A stretch of 64,000 nt of DNA from a virus. Taxonomy: Duplodnaviria; Caudoviricetes. Under the pieces are notes generated by a model that worked only from the letters and a program-made list of their open reading frames with translations, did no database searches and was not told the origin of the DNA. The stretch spans positions 1 through 64,000 of the IMG/VR virus record IMGVR_UViG_3300032038_000037. One strand, given 5' to 3'. Made by a program: the position numbers and the translations under genes. How positions within the stretch are numbered: position 1 is the stretch's first letter; every line of letters begins with the position of its first letter. Positions 1 through 8,790 of the stretch are shown here, one piece after another.

Positions 1-62
1 AAAAAGTGTTGACAAGTTTCTAAATATGTGTTATACTCTTATTAGAAAGAGAGGTAAGAGAA

Positions 63-452
63 ATGAAAAATATTATCAGAGTTATCGTTCTTGTTATCGT
101 TATGTTGCTTTGTTGCATCGATTGCCACGCACAGTCACCGCAGAATTATAAACTTGTTAAAAAGGTTTGTGTTGAAAATTACGGATATAATAACATTAGA
201 ATTGTAAAAGGTTGCTATTCTAAACATGCAACTAAAATAATTCTTCATCGAAAAAATAAACCTTATATCGTAGTTGAAAAATTTGTTTCTTATTCTTGCG
301 GTCGTTATGGTTTTGATAAACACGGTCATTATATTAAATATAATAAGAAAGTGAAAAAAGGAAAAAGAGTTGTCAGTTATTGTATTTACAGTCCATATAA
401 TAACTATTGCGATGGGGTTGATTTTGTAGTTGATAATAAAATGGTAAGATAA
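63..452 (+). CDS. Hypothetical secreted/membrane-anchored basic protein
   Basis: Promoter and RBS upstream; N-terminal hydrophobic signal-like segment. Confidence 0.75.
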   Translation: MKNIIRVIVLVIVMLLCCIDCHAQSPQNYKLVKKVCVENYGYNNIRIVKGCYSKHATKIILHRKNKPYIVVEKFVSYSCGRYGFDKHGHYIKYNKKVKKGKRVVSYCIYSPYNNYCDGVDFVVDNKMVR

Positions 453-461
453 AATGCATTG

Positions 462-497
462 CGGATAGTTTAGCGGTTGTGCAGACTATCCGTTTTG
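462..497 (+). terminator. Rho-independent terminator
   Basis: CGGATAGT...ACTATCCG stem followed by T run. Confidence 0.6.
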
Positions 498-646
498 CTT
501 ATAATCGATTGTTAATCTTTTCACAAGCGCGCCGGCCGCCGACTTTGTTAAAAAAATAACTTTTAAAAAATTTCAAAAAAGGGGTTGACAGATTTTTCAT
601 TGTATGATATACTTTAGTTACAGTAAAGAAAGAGAGGAAATAAAAA

Positions 647-1315
647 ATGACAAAAATCGACAACAGAAAAAACTATTACATCGTACTTGACACAGAAACA
701 ACAAACGGATTTGATGACCCGTTAGTTTATGATAACGGTTTCGCAGTTATCGACAAAACAGGTAAAGTTTACGAAGCATACTCATTTGTAAATCGTGAAG
801 TCTTTTGTGATATGAAAGATTTAATGCAGAGCGCATACTATGCAGAAAAAATCCCGCAGTATTGGGAACAGATTAAAAATCATACACGCAAAATCACGAA
901 TTTCTATATGATTCGCAAAACATTAAGCGATGTTTGTAAAAAGTATAATGTCAAGGCAATTATGGCGCATAATGCACGTTTTGATTATAACGCACTCACA
1001 ACTACACAGAGATATTTGACAAAATCAAAATATCGTTGGTTCTTCCCTTATGGGGTTGAAATTTGGGACACATTAAAAATGGCACAGGATACCATTTGCA
1101 AACAGAAATCATATGTAAATTGGTGTCGTGAAAATGGTTATGTTACCAAAGGCAACAGACCACAGGCAACCGCAGAAATTCTTTACAGATATATTACAGG
1201 CGATTATGATTTTAAAGAATCTCACACAGGGCTTGAAGATGTGATGATTGAAAAAGAAATTTTCGCACATTGTATGCGTCAGCATAAGCCAATGCGTAAA
1301 AAGTGCTTTTCGTAA
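647..1315 (+). CDS. DEDDh 3'-5' exonuclease (DnaQ-like)
   Basis: ExoI LDTETT, ExoII AHNARFD, ExoII/III-region DTL and H-x4-D (HTGLED) motifs. Confidence 0.85.
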   Translation: MTKIDNRKNYYIVLDTETTNGFDDPLVYDNGFAVIDKTGKVYEAYSFVNREVFCDMKDLMQSAYYAEKIPQYWEQIKNHTRKITNFYMIRKTLSDVCKKYNVKAIMAHNARFDYNALTTTQRYLTKSKYRWFFPYGVEIWDTLKMAQDTICKQKSYVNWCRENGYVTKGNRPQATAEILYRYITGDYDFKESHTGLEDVMIEKEIFAHCMRQHKPMRKKCFS

Positions 1316-1319
1316 AATA

Positions 1320-1343
1320 AAGGGGTTGAGATTCAACCCCTTT
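1320..1343 (+). terminator. Rho-independent terminator
   Basis: AGGGGTTGA-GAT-TCAACCCCT hairpin with A and T flanks. Confidence 0.7.
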
Positions 1344-1468
1344 AATACTTTACCCCACTGAAGCGCGCCGGCATGATCGTTAAAAAAATAACTTTTAATT
1401 TAGGGGTTGACAAACTTTTAATTTTATGATATATTCTTATTAGAAAGAAAAAGAAAGGAGATAAAAAC

Positions 1469-1621
1469 ATGAATATATTTTTATTAATTCTCGCTATTAT
1501 TTTTATTGCATGATGGTTAATTTCTTTTATTCAGATTTTTGTTAAAGGTTTGAATTATCGTTTGGCAAAATGGAATGCTTTTGAAATTGTTTCTAATTTA
1601 ATTCTTAAAATTTTTGGTTGA
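1469..1621 (+). pseudogene. Small membrane protein gene with in-frame TGA at codon 15
   Basis: Own promoter and AAGGAG RBS; MNIFLLILAIIFIA*WLISFIQIFV... stays hydrophobic and open after the stop at 1511-1513. Confidence 0.55.
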
Positions 1622-1672
1622 CAAGCAAAAGTAAATCTGATATACTCTTATTAGAAAGAGAGGTAGAGAAGA

Positions 1673-1858
1673 ATGAAGTGGATTGATTACTTATTTTATG
1701 ACGCAGTAACAGGTGAAGAATTTTTGGTAGAAGTACAAGATTGTTACCTTTCATACAAAGAAGCATTTAACATTGCTCACGAAAATTTTGAAGAGCCAAG
1801 ACTTATTACTACAATGTCAGACACAGAAGGCGAAATGTTAGGACTTGACACTTATTGA
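1673..1858 (+). CDS. Hypothetical acidic early protein
   Basis: Promoter at 1618 and GAGGT RBS. Confidence 0.75.
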   Translation: MKWIDYLFYDAVTGEEFLVEVQDCYLSYKEAFNIAHENFEEPRLITTMSDTEGEMLGLDTY

Positions 1859-1871
1859 AAGGAAAATAAAA

Positions 1872-2030
1872 ATGTTTGATATTACTTGTAAAAATCCGAA
1901 CAAGAAAAATAAAAAAGAATACAACAAAAAGTTTCGCCATTGTGTAGAATTCAATACAGGTACACGCACTCACAAAAGCAAAAAAGATTATAACAGAAAA
2001 AAATTTAAAAAAATTGATTTTTGCTATTGA
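1872..2030 (+). CDS. Hypothetical basic small protein
   Basis: AAAGGA RBS before ATG 1872 (start revised from ORF track). Confidence 0.6.
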   Translation: MFDITCKNPNKKNKKEYNKKFRHCVEFNTGTRTHKSKKDYNRKKFKKIDFCY

Positions 2031-2080
2031 CAAAATTATAATGATATGATATTATAATTATAGAAAGAGAGGTAAAGAAA

Positions 2081-2260
2081 ATGAAATGTGCAATTTGTAA
2101 TCGTACAACTAACTGGGATGAATCTTATGGTTACGATGAATTTATTGTCTGTCCTTGTTGTTTTGATAAAATTAGAGAAATGTGCAACAATGATACGTCA
2201 AAAGCATTAGACATTATTTTCAAACTTGGTAAGTATGAAAAAATCAAAAAAATTGTGTAA
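2081..2260 (+). CDS. Small Cys-rich (CxxC...CPCC) putative zinc-binding protein, 59 aa
   Basis: Read by hand, absent from ORF track: MKCAICNR...IVCPCCFDK; promoter at 2027 and GAGGT RBS. Confidence 0.75.
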   Translation: MKCAICNRTTNWDESYGYDEFIVCPCCFDKIREMCNNDTSKALDIIFKLGKYEKIKKIV

Positions 2261-2319
2261 AACTCTTGACAAATAACATTCAATCTGATATACTCTTATT
2301 AGAAAGAGAGGTAAGGAAA

Positions 2320-2454
2320 ATGAGAAAACTTACTTATTCAATCTTTAACAAATACAATGTTTGGGTTGATACGGTTGATACTTACAAAGAAGCAAAAGAG
2401 TACAAGGAAAAGGGTTATACAGTACAGGAAAATCTGATTACAGTAAAGAGGTAA
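2320..2454 (+). CDS. Hypothetical early protein
   Basis: Promoter at 2266 and RBS place the start at ATG 2320. Confidence 0.7.
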   Translation: MRKLTYSIFNKYNVWVDTVDTYKEAKEYKEKGYTVQENLITVKR

Positions 2455-2458
2455 AAAA

Positions 2459-2641
2459 ATGACAAGACATATTGAAATTACAATCAATTTTGATTTAACT
2501 TGTTGGGGTCAAGATAAAGAAGATTTTGAAAATGATAATATCGAAGCAATAAATGAGACAGTTGCAGATTATATTATAAATGATTCAGCAGATTTACTTG
2601 AAAATGTAACAATAAAAAAAATATGGTATGAAGAAGATTAA
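2459..2641 (+). CDS. Hypothetical acidic protein
   Basis: GAGGT RBS; terminator hairpin follows at 2642-2672. Confidence 0.7.
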   Translation: MTRHIEITINFDLTCWGQDKEDFENDNIEAINETVADYIINDSADLLENVTIKKIWYEED

Positions 2642-2784
2642 AAAGAGAGTAACTTTTTAGTTACTCTTTTTTCGGCGCCGGCGCGGGTGTACATAAAAAT
2701 GTACAGCAAATTTCAAAAAAGGTATTGACATTTTCCTTTTTATCGTCTATAATCTAATTAGAAAGAGGAAAGGAGATAATAAAA

Positions 2785-3234
2785 ATGTTCAAGGCTTTAG
2801 TATTCGATATGGACGGAACAATCGCAAACCTTTACGGAGTAAAGAATTGGCTTTCTGATTTACAGTCAGAAAATACTCGTCCTTATGAAATCGCAGAACC
2901 CCTTTACAATGCAAAAGAAATTGCAAATATTCTTGAGGGTTGCAAGGAAAATGGTTGGCAGATTATTGTTACAACTTGGCTTGCCAAAGGTGCGTCAAAA
3001 GAATATGATAATGCCGTTCGAATTGCCAAAAAGAATTGGCTTATCTCTCAGGGCTTTCCATTCGATGAAATCCATTGTGTAAAGTATGGCACAACAAAGG
3101 CAAACTGCACACGCAAAAAAGGCGGTTTCCAAATTCTTATCGACGATAATAAAAAAGTTCGTGACGGTTGGACACTTGGAACAACCGTAAACGCAAACCA
3201 TAACATCATGAACTTTTTGAGAAGTCTCGCATGA
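2785..3234 (+). CDS. HAD-superfamily hydrolase (5'-nucleotidase-like)
   Basis: Motif I FDMDGT, motif II VTT, motif IV LIDDN. Confidence 0.8.
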   Translation: MFKALVFDMDGTIANLYGVKNWLSDLQSENTRPYEIAEPLYNAKEIANILEGCKENGWQIIVTTWLAKGASKEYDNAVRIAKKNWLISQGFPFDEIHCVKYGTTKANCTRKKGGFQILIDDNKKVRDGWTLGTTVNANHNIMNFLRSLA

Positions 3235-3339
3235 GCAACTTTTTAGTTGCTTGCGCGCCGGCGCCGCCCGCCGAAAAAAAATTAAAAAAATTTTAAAAAA
3301 GGGGTTGACAAATCACCAAATCAGTGCTATACTTTAATC

Positions 3340-3548
3340 ATGAAAGGGAGGTAAGGCAAAGCCCACAGCGGGTGAGACCCACGAGAGTCAGTAAGACCAA
3401 GCCGACAAAGACCCTTTACCGCGAGCCTAAATCCAACTTTAGCGGTATACAAATGTGGAGGCAGGAGATAAACAGATCGCGTAGCGGTTGGGAGCGATAG
3501 GGTGGTTGGACGTACCGCAGAACAGGGTGAAAGTCCCTGTTTCTTATT
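3340..3548 (+). ncRNA. Candidate structured small RNA of unknown family
   Basis: Between consensus promoter (3305-3333) and terminator (3520-3548); GC-rich, no ATG after the SD-like sequence, several stems. Confidence 0.6.
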
Positions 3549-3706
3549 TTGCTACTTGTTAAAAAATTCACAATCGGCGCCGGCGTAGTCACCGGCCCGC
3601 GCTTTAGCGAGGTAAAGTGGTAAACTACTAAAATTTTTAGATGTACAAACAAATGTACACCACTCTGTGCTATACTGTATATAGAAAAAGAAAGGAGGTA
3701 CATGCT

Positions 3707-4060
3707 ATGGCAGTATCACGAAAAGTCGAGCGTGAGATTCTCCGCACGGAGTTTCTCGAGAAGGTAAGCGAGTTTCTTGCCGCAAACGGAGAAGAAATTC
3801 TCCGTGTGAAGTCCAACGAAATCGCAATCCCAGTCGTTGGGTGCGAGGACAACGAGGATTTCATGGTCATCACGTTCAAGGTTCCCACGGGTTCCAATAA
3901 GGGGCGTGAGCCTTACGACGGATACTCCGAGGCGGAGTCTTACGAACTCCACTTGCGGGAGAAATCCGAAAAGGCGAAAGCCAATGCAGAGCGCAAGGCG
4001 CGCAAGGCGAAAAAGGACGCTGAAATTCGCGCCAAGCGCAAGGCAATCGCCAAAAAGTAA
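3707..4060 (+). CDS. Hypothetical protein with Lys/Ala/Arg-rich tail
   Basis: AAGGAGGT RBS, extended -10 at about 3668-3676, terminator at about 4064-4088. Confidence 0.75.
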   Translation: MAVSRKVEREILRTEFLEKVSEFLAANGEEILRVKSNEIAIPVVGCEDNEDFMVITFKVPTGSNKGREPYDGYSEAESYELHLREKSEKAKANAERKARKAKKDAEIRAKRKAIAKK

Positions 4061-4269
4061 AGGAAGGGGCGCAAGCCCTTTTCTTTTTACCTTCACCACT
4101 TCACCACTTCACCGTGCGAAAGTGCGCCGGCATGCCAATGTGGCCGGCCAAACTGACCGGCGCCGCATCCAACACTACCCCATTATATCATAGCACAATT
4201 CTGAGCGCAAGTCAAGCGAAAAGAATAAAAATTTTATAAACAATTATTAAGATTTTCTTACCGAGCAGA

Positions 4270-4650
4270 TTGTTAAATTTTTAACGTTAAAAAAATAACA
4301 CTCGATTGTTAAATTTTTCACAAGCTTGTTAAATTTTTGTCAAGCGACAATTTGATTTTAAAAGTCAAATTTTAAAGCAGCTGCACCTGCACCTGCGCGG
4401 CGCCGCGGGCGACCGTCAAATTTTTAAAGCAGCTGTGCAGCTGCGAAATTATTACAAAACGTGCATAGCAGCTGTGAAACCGCACGAAAATTACAATGCA
4501 GCTGGAAAACGCCTGCTGCCAGCTGGAAATTTGACAAAAAATTTCAAGTTTTTAAATAAAATTATAAGAAAATTTGACTTTAAAAATCAAGTTTTAAATA
4601 AAAATAAATTAAAAATAAAAAGAAATTTGACTTTTAAAGTCAAATTCCCA
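4270..4650. repeat. Cluster of palindromic/iterated motifs (TTGTTAA-N4-TTHACAA, CAGCTG x6, AATTTGAC-N-GTCAAATT)
   Basis: Motifs seen directly in the non-coding junction between convergent early regions. Confidence 0.7.
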
Positions 4651-4701
4651 GCGCGCATTAAACAAAAAAAGAGAGAGCTTTCGCTCTCCCTTTTCTCAAT
4701 C

Positions 4702-5046
4702 TCACTTCGCAAGCAGATAACCCTTCTGAGTACCCTTGCCCTTCACCTTGACGTCAACCTTCTCAGCAAAACCGCTTGCAACAACCTTGCGGAGCAGGGA
4801 AGAAGCCTTCTGAGTCGAAATTCCCACGGCCTCGCCGACAACAGTCGCAGTCTGCGGCTCATCATTCAGCACGCCCTTGATAGACTCGATAATCGGCAGG
4901 TTTGCTTCGGCCTTCTTGGACAGCTTGTTCCGACGCTTCTCGTTCGCAGCATCAATCTTAGCAATCTCGCTCTCAGCCCATGCCTTGACCTCGTCGTTCA
5001 TCTCACCAGCAGCAATAACATTCAGCATTTCTCTACGTGTAGCCAT
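4702..5046 (-). CDS. Winged-helix (MarR-like) DNA-binding protein
   Basis: TATVVGEAVGISTQKASSLLRKVV..G HTH pattern; RBS favours start MATRREM. Confidence 0.6.
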   Translation of the reverse strand: MATRREMLNVIAAGEMNDEVKAWAESEIAKIDAANEKRRNKLSKKAEANLPIIESIKGVLNDEPQTATVVGEAVGISTQKASSLLRKVVASGFAEKVDVKVKGKGTQKGYLLAK

Positions 5047-5689
5047 TTGTACCTTCTTTCTACCACCGTACGGCCGTGGTCGCCAGTCACATTGGTTAAT
5101 TTGTTTAGGAGAGGTTACTTCTCTCACCTTCTATATATATTATAGCAAGAATTTTTATTTTTGTCAAATTGTTTTCTCTTGAATCCTTGCTAATAATAAC
5201 TGTTGAGTGCGGGCGCCCGAAACGTTTCCGCTTGGAGAGGGAACTAAGTCTTTTTTCTTATCTCCCCTTCTCACTTTCTATATATATTATATAGGAATTT
5301 TGGAGAACTTTCAAATTTTTTAATCCCTATTCCTATGGAAGAAACAAAAATGTATATGGCAGCAGGCTTTCAAGCTTTATTATTACTTCCTCTCTTTATC
5401 TTACATATATATTATATGCGAAATTTCACAGAAATTCAAATTATAAAAGAGCTGTGACAGCTGGAACAACAAAAAATTTTTAAAAATTTGATTTATGGTG
5501 GTGGATGTGGCACCCTCCACTAATACTCTTCCTCCCTTTACCTCGACAACTCCCCTTTTGTAAACTTTTTCATTGCTTTACAGCTGCTTTTAGCGTCCAA
5601 CCCCAACCGTTTTACCATTTCTCCCTTGCCAAAAATCGCCCTCAGGGTCCCCATCTACCGCCACGACTTGAAATCGAGAAAATTATACG

Positions 5690-6460
5690 TATTCTTATAC
5701 GTTTTCTTATACGTTTAAATTCTCATTTACACTTTCTATACGTATACATTTACTTATACATTTCATGTACGTATTTTCATGTACGCTTTTTCCGCCTATT
5801 ATTTCTATCTATTTACTTATATGTTTTTCTATATGTTTTTCCATTAACCCTTTTCCATTCTCCTTTCCGTTCCTATTTACGTATACATTTATATGTAGCG
5901 ATTAATCCGCACTATTATTTATACATATGTATACGTTATATGTATACTGCGCGAACCCGACTACTTTATGTATAAGTTAAACGTATACTATAAACGTATA
6001 CGATTTCCGCTGATTGCGCGGGTATCATATAATTGTATAAGTTTTTACGTATATATAATCGTATACTATTTCATGTATACGTTTAACGTAGAGGAACGGC
6101 CTCGGACTCTACCGTCGGCGCTTCGCGCCTTTGGTGCGTTCTCGGCCGAACTAAAAAATTTAATTACTAATAAGTAAAACGTATACATATTATGTTATAT
6201 AATACGTATACGTTTATATTTATAAGTTTCTTAATACGATTATAAGTAGATTTTATAGAATATTTCCTACAATTTTTTATGACCTGAAATTTCTTAGAAA
6301 AACTTCCGATAACGTTTTGGAAAATTCCTAGAAAATTATTAAACGCAGAAAATTCCTACAAAATAAAATCCTGCAAAATTTTTGGAAAATATTTACACTG
6401 CGCGCTGTCACAAAACTATACGAAAATTGTAGAAAATTTTTAGAAAATTTTTTAATAAGA
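5690..6460. repeat. Putative replication origin: non-coding iteron-rich region
   Basis: Many TATACGT/ACGTATA(C) copies followed by AAATTCCTACAA/AATTTTTAGAAAA-like repeats; no credible ORF. Confidence 0.5.
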
Positions 6461-6485
6461 AAAAGGAGAAGTAAAAACTTCTCCC

Positions 6486-6671
6486 TTAATCTACCTTTAA
6501 AGCCTCCAAATGATCCTTCAAAACTTCATATGCGCGCCTCCGACGAATGATTCCTTCCATTGAATAATTTAAATCATGGACATATCTTGTATCACTAGTG
6601 TCACAAATTACTTCAGCTGTAATATGCTTACAATTATTAGGAACATCAATTACTAATATAGCTTTTGCCAT
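6486..6671 (-). CDS. Hypothetical protein
   Basis: Last gene of minus-strand operon; hairpin at 6461-6487. Confidence 0.55.
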   Translation of the reverse strand: MAKAILVIDVPNNCKHITAEVICDTSDTRYVHDLNYSMEGIIRRRRAYEVLKDHLEALKVD

Positions 6672-6906
6672 CTTTATCCCTCACTGTTGATATTCTCTGT
6701 GTATTTCTTTTGCTAGTAATAGCTGTAGTTTTTTTGGAATTTTTCTTCATGTTCTTTTTAAAGAACATTTTTGCCATGCGTTCTTCCTCACTATCAACAA
6801 GCAAGTAAAACATTTCATTAAAACAATGTAAAAAATATCCCACCAAAACACAATAAATAAAGCTAAAAACCAAAAACCCAAGAACTAAAATTATCTTCCA
6901 AACCAT
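6646..6906 (-). CDS. Hypothetical membrane protein
   Basis: N-terminal TM helix; RBS. Confidence 0.65.
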   Translation of the reverse strand: MVWKIILVLGFLVFSFIYCVLVGYFLHCFNEMFYLLVDSEEERMAKMFFKKNMKKNSKKTTAITSKRNTQRISTVRDKDGKSYISN

Positions 6907-6925
6907 AAACTATCCTTTCTACAAA

Positions 6926-7411
6926 CTAATCCCATAAGTTGGAAAACCATTTCTCAAGATTAACAAATCCCCTATGACGTTTAGCTTCCATAAGACGATA
7001 AATACGAAGCTCTTCATCACTGTATTTTTTCCACAATTCTTTTTGTTCTTCTGTATCTTTCTTAGAAAAATCTAAACGATCTTCGTATACGTTTGGATTA
7101 AGATCATCATTTGTCCCGTAATAAAAGTCATTAGCTATGTCTTTAAGAACCTTATCCCACTCTTTTTCTGTAATTCCATATGGATATCCATGAGTTGTTT
7201 TAGATAACTTATAGACTGAGCTAGCAATATAGTTTCCTAATGTAGAACCTAAATCCCATATATCTCTATCACACCATCCATATTTGGCGCGCTGCCAAGT
7301 CCACTTAACTTTTCGGAAAAAGCTACGAACTTTTAAGTCAGGACGATACCATTTCACTGGAAAATCCTGTGATTTCCATATATTAAGTCTGTTTTGTATT
7401 TCTATGCTCAT
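6926..7411 (-). CDS. Hypothetical phage protein
   Basis: ORF with RBS, tightly packed operon. Confidence 0.75.
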   Translation of the reverse strand: MSIEIQNRLNIWKSQDFPVKWYRPDLKVRSFFRKVKWTWQRAKYGWCDRDIWDLGSTLGNYIASSVYKLSKTTHGYPYGITEKEWDKVLKDIANDFYYGTNDDLNPNVYEDRLDFSKKDTEEQKELWKKYSDEELRIYRLMEAKRHRGFVNLEKWFSNLWD

Positions 7412-7419
7412 ATCTACTC

Positions 7420-7881
7420 CTAATATGATTGTATTAATTCTACTGGTATCCCTTCTTTAAAAGTTTCTTGTACTTCTGCATCTGCATTAAACCAATTAAT
7501 TACAGCCATAAGTTCCCAATCAAGACCAAGTTGATAACCACAATCATTACCAAGTGCGCGATTAAGCCACTCTTCTAATTCATCGTAAAGATTATTATAC
7601 TCATCTTCATCAAGTGCATCTTCCCTGTATTTAACAAAAGTAGAAATTTTTTTCATAAAATCTGGATCACGCAAATCACTAAGAGCTTCTATAAAATCAT
7701 CCCAATCAGCTTTAGTTACTTCAAAAAGCCAATCATCTTCAAGCATTTTACAACGTCTAGTAAAGAAATTTGCGATTGCCCAAGTTTTTCGACCATACGC
7801 AAGCTGAGAATCAAGCTCCTCTTCTAAGCTCATATCTTTTAAATCTTTATGCTTACGATAAAGTATAAGATCAAGACCCAT
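7420..7881 (-). CDS. Hypothetical phage protein (MGLD... type)
   Basis: ORF with GGAGG RBS. Confidence 0.75.
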   Translation of the reverse strand: MGLDLILYRKHKDLKDMSLEEELDSQLAYGRKTWAIANFFTRRCKMLEDDWLFEVTKADWDDFIEALSDLRDPDFMKKISTFVKYREDALDEDEYNNLYDELEEWLNRALGNDCGYQLGLDWELMAVINWFNADAEVQETFKEGIPVELIQSY

Positions 7882-7882
7882 T

Positions 7883-8119
7883 TTAATCCTCCTCTTTTAC
7901 TATTTCATAATATTTTTCTTCAAACTCATCTCGGCGCATAAAAACAACATCATTACGATCTGCGCCGCCATATTCCCAACCAGATTCAGACCATTCGTAA
8001 TTAAGTATTAACAAATCTTCTTCGGTTGAAATCATTACAACATAATTTTCTTGAAGAAGCATCTGCGCCACTTTCATACCATTTTCATGATTTTTAAAAC
8101 TTAATTCATTCTGAAGCAT
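7883..8119 (-). CDS. Hypothetical protein
   Basis: Promoter at about 8150-8185 and AAGGAG RBS. Confidence 0.75.
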   Translation of the reverse strand: MLQNELSFKNHENGMKVAQMLLQENYVVMISTEEDLLILNYEWSESGWEYGGADRNDVVFMRRDEFEEKYYEIVKEED

Positions 8120-8218
8120 AATTATAAAATCTCCTTTCTTTTCTTTCTATAATAATTATATCAAAATTTTTAAAAAAATGCAAATTTAAAAGAGCTGGTT
8201 CACAGCTCTTTTAGAATG

Positions 8219-8434
8219 TTATTTAATTTGAATAACTCCATCTTTATTAGTATAAACTGCAAAGAAATCTTCAAAAATTTGCATTAACTTATCATCTTCT
8301 ATAAAAAATAAATCATCAACTCCCGCGAATGTCTTTATATTTTCTATCAGTTGCCCGAAGCGCCAGTCTGGGACCTTTAACCAATATCTCTCTATTATTT
8401 CTAACATCCGAAGAATTCTCATTTGATCTCTCAT
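8219..8434 (-). CDS. Hypothetical phage protein (PDWRFGQL motif)
   Basis: Motif common in small phage proteins; operon context. Confidence 0.75.
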   Translation of the reverse strand: MRDQMRILRMLEIIERYWLKVPDWRFGQLIENIKTFAGVDDLFFIEDDKLMQIFEDFFAVYTNKDGVIQIK

Positions 8435-8435
8435 C

Positions 8436-8789
8436 TTACTTCTCCTCGCTCTTGGTTATATATCCTGCCTTTTCCATAGCTTCCATAAAATCTTCTACAA
8501 TATGTTCACCAACTCGTCCTTTAATATGAGATACATCAATTCCATAATCTATTAGTGTACCATAAAGACAACCCCAAGGAGTAAGTACATATTTTTCTTC
8601 TTCATCTTCTTTATCTTCTTCTTTTTCTCCTTCAAAATATGGACAATCACGTGTACCCATAAGAAAAGCAGAAGTAAAGACTCCTAATTCTGATTGGTGC
8701 ATACGATTAGTCATGTGTCGAAAACACTCAAACTTATCACAGCGATCACTGTCACTACACCAACAAATATCATCATCAAATAATCCCAT
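8436..8789 (-). CDS. Hypothetical Cys-rich protein
   Basis: ORF with RBS. Confidence 0.7.
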   Translation of the reverse strand: MGLFDDDICWCSDSDRCDKFECFRHMTNRMHQSELGVFTSAFLMGTRDCPYFEGEKEEDKEDEEEKYVLTPWGCLYGTLIDYGIDVSHIKGRVGEHIVEDFMEAMEKAGYITKSEEK

Positions 8790-8790
8790 A

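Larger units (their letters stand above)
9..3333 (+). promoter_or_regulatory. Array of near-consensus sigma-A early promoters, each driving 1-2 short genes or an RNA
   Basis: TTGACA-N17-TATACT/TATAAT-type promoters with -35 at 9, 585, 1407, 1618, 2027, 2266, 2725 and 3305; most are followed by (TT)AGAAAGAGAGGT leader/RBS. Confidence 0.9.

Noticed and set aside
4435-5145. 236-aa plus-strand ORF
   Set aside because: Runs through repeats and antisense to the wHTH gene; no RBS
5505-6177. Plus-strand ORFs of 156 and 69 aa
   Set aside because: Low-complexity translation of the iteron region
5690-6460. CRISPR array
   Set aside because: Repeats are short and irregular, with no constant repeat-spacer period; no cas genes
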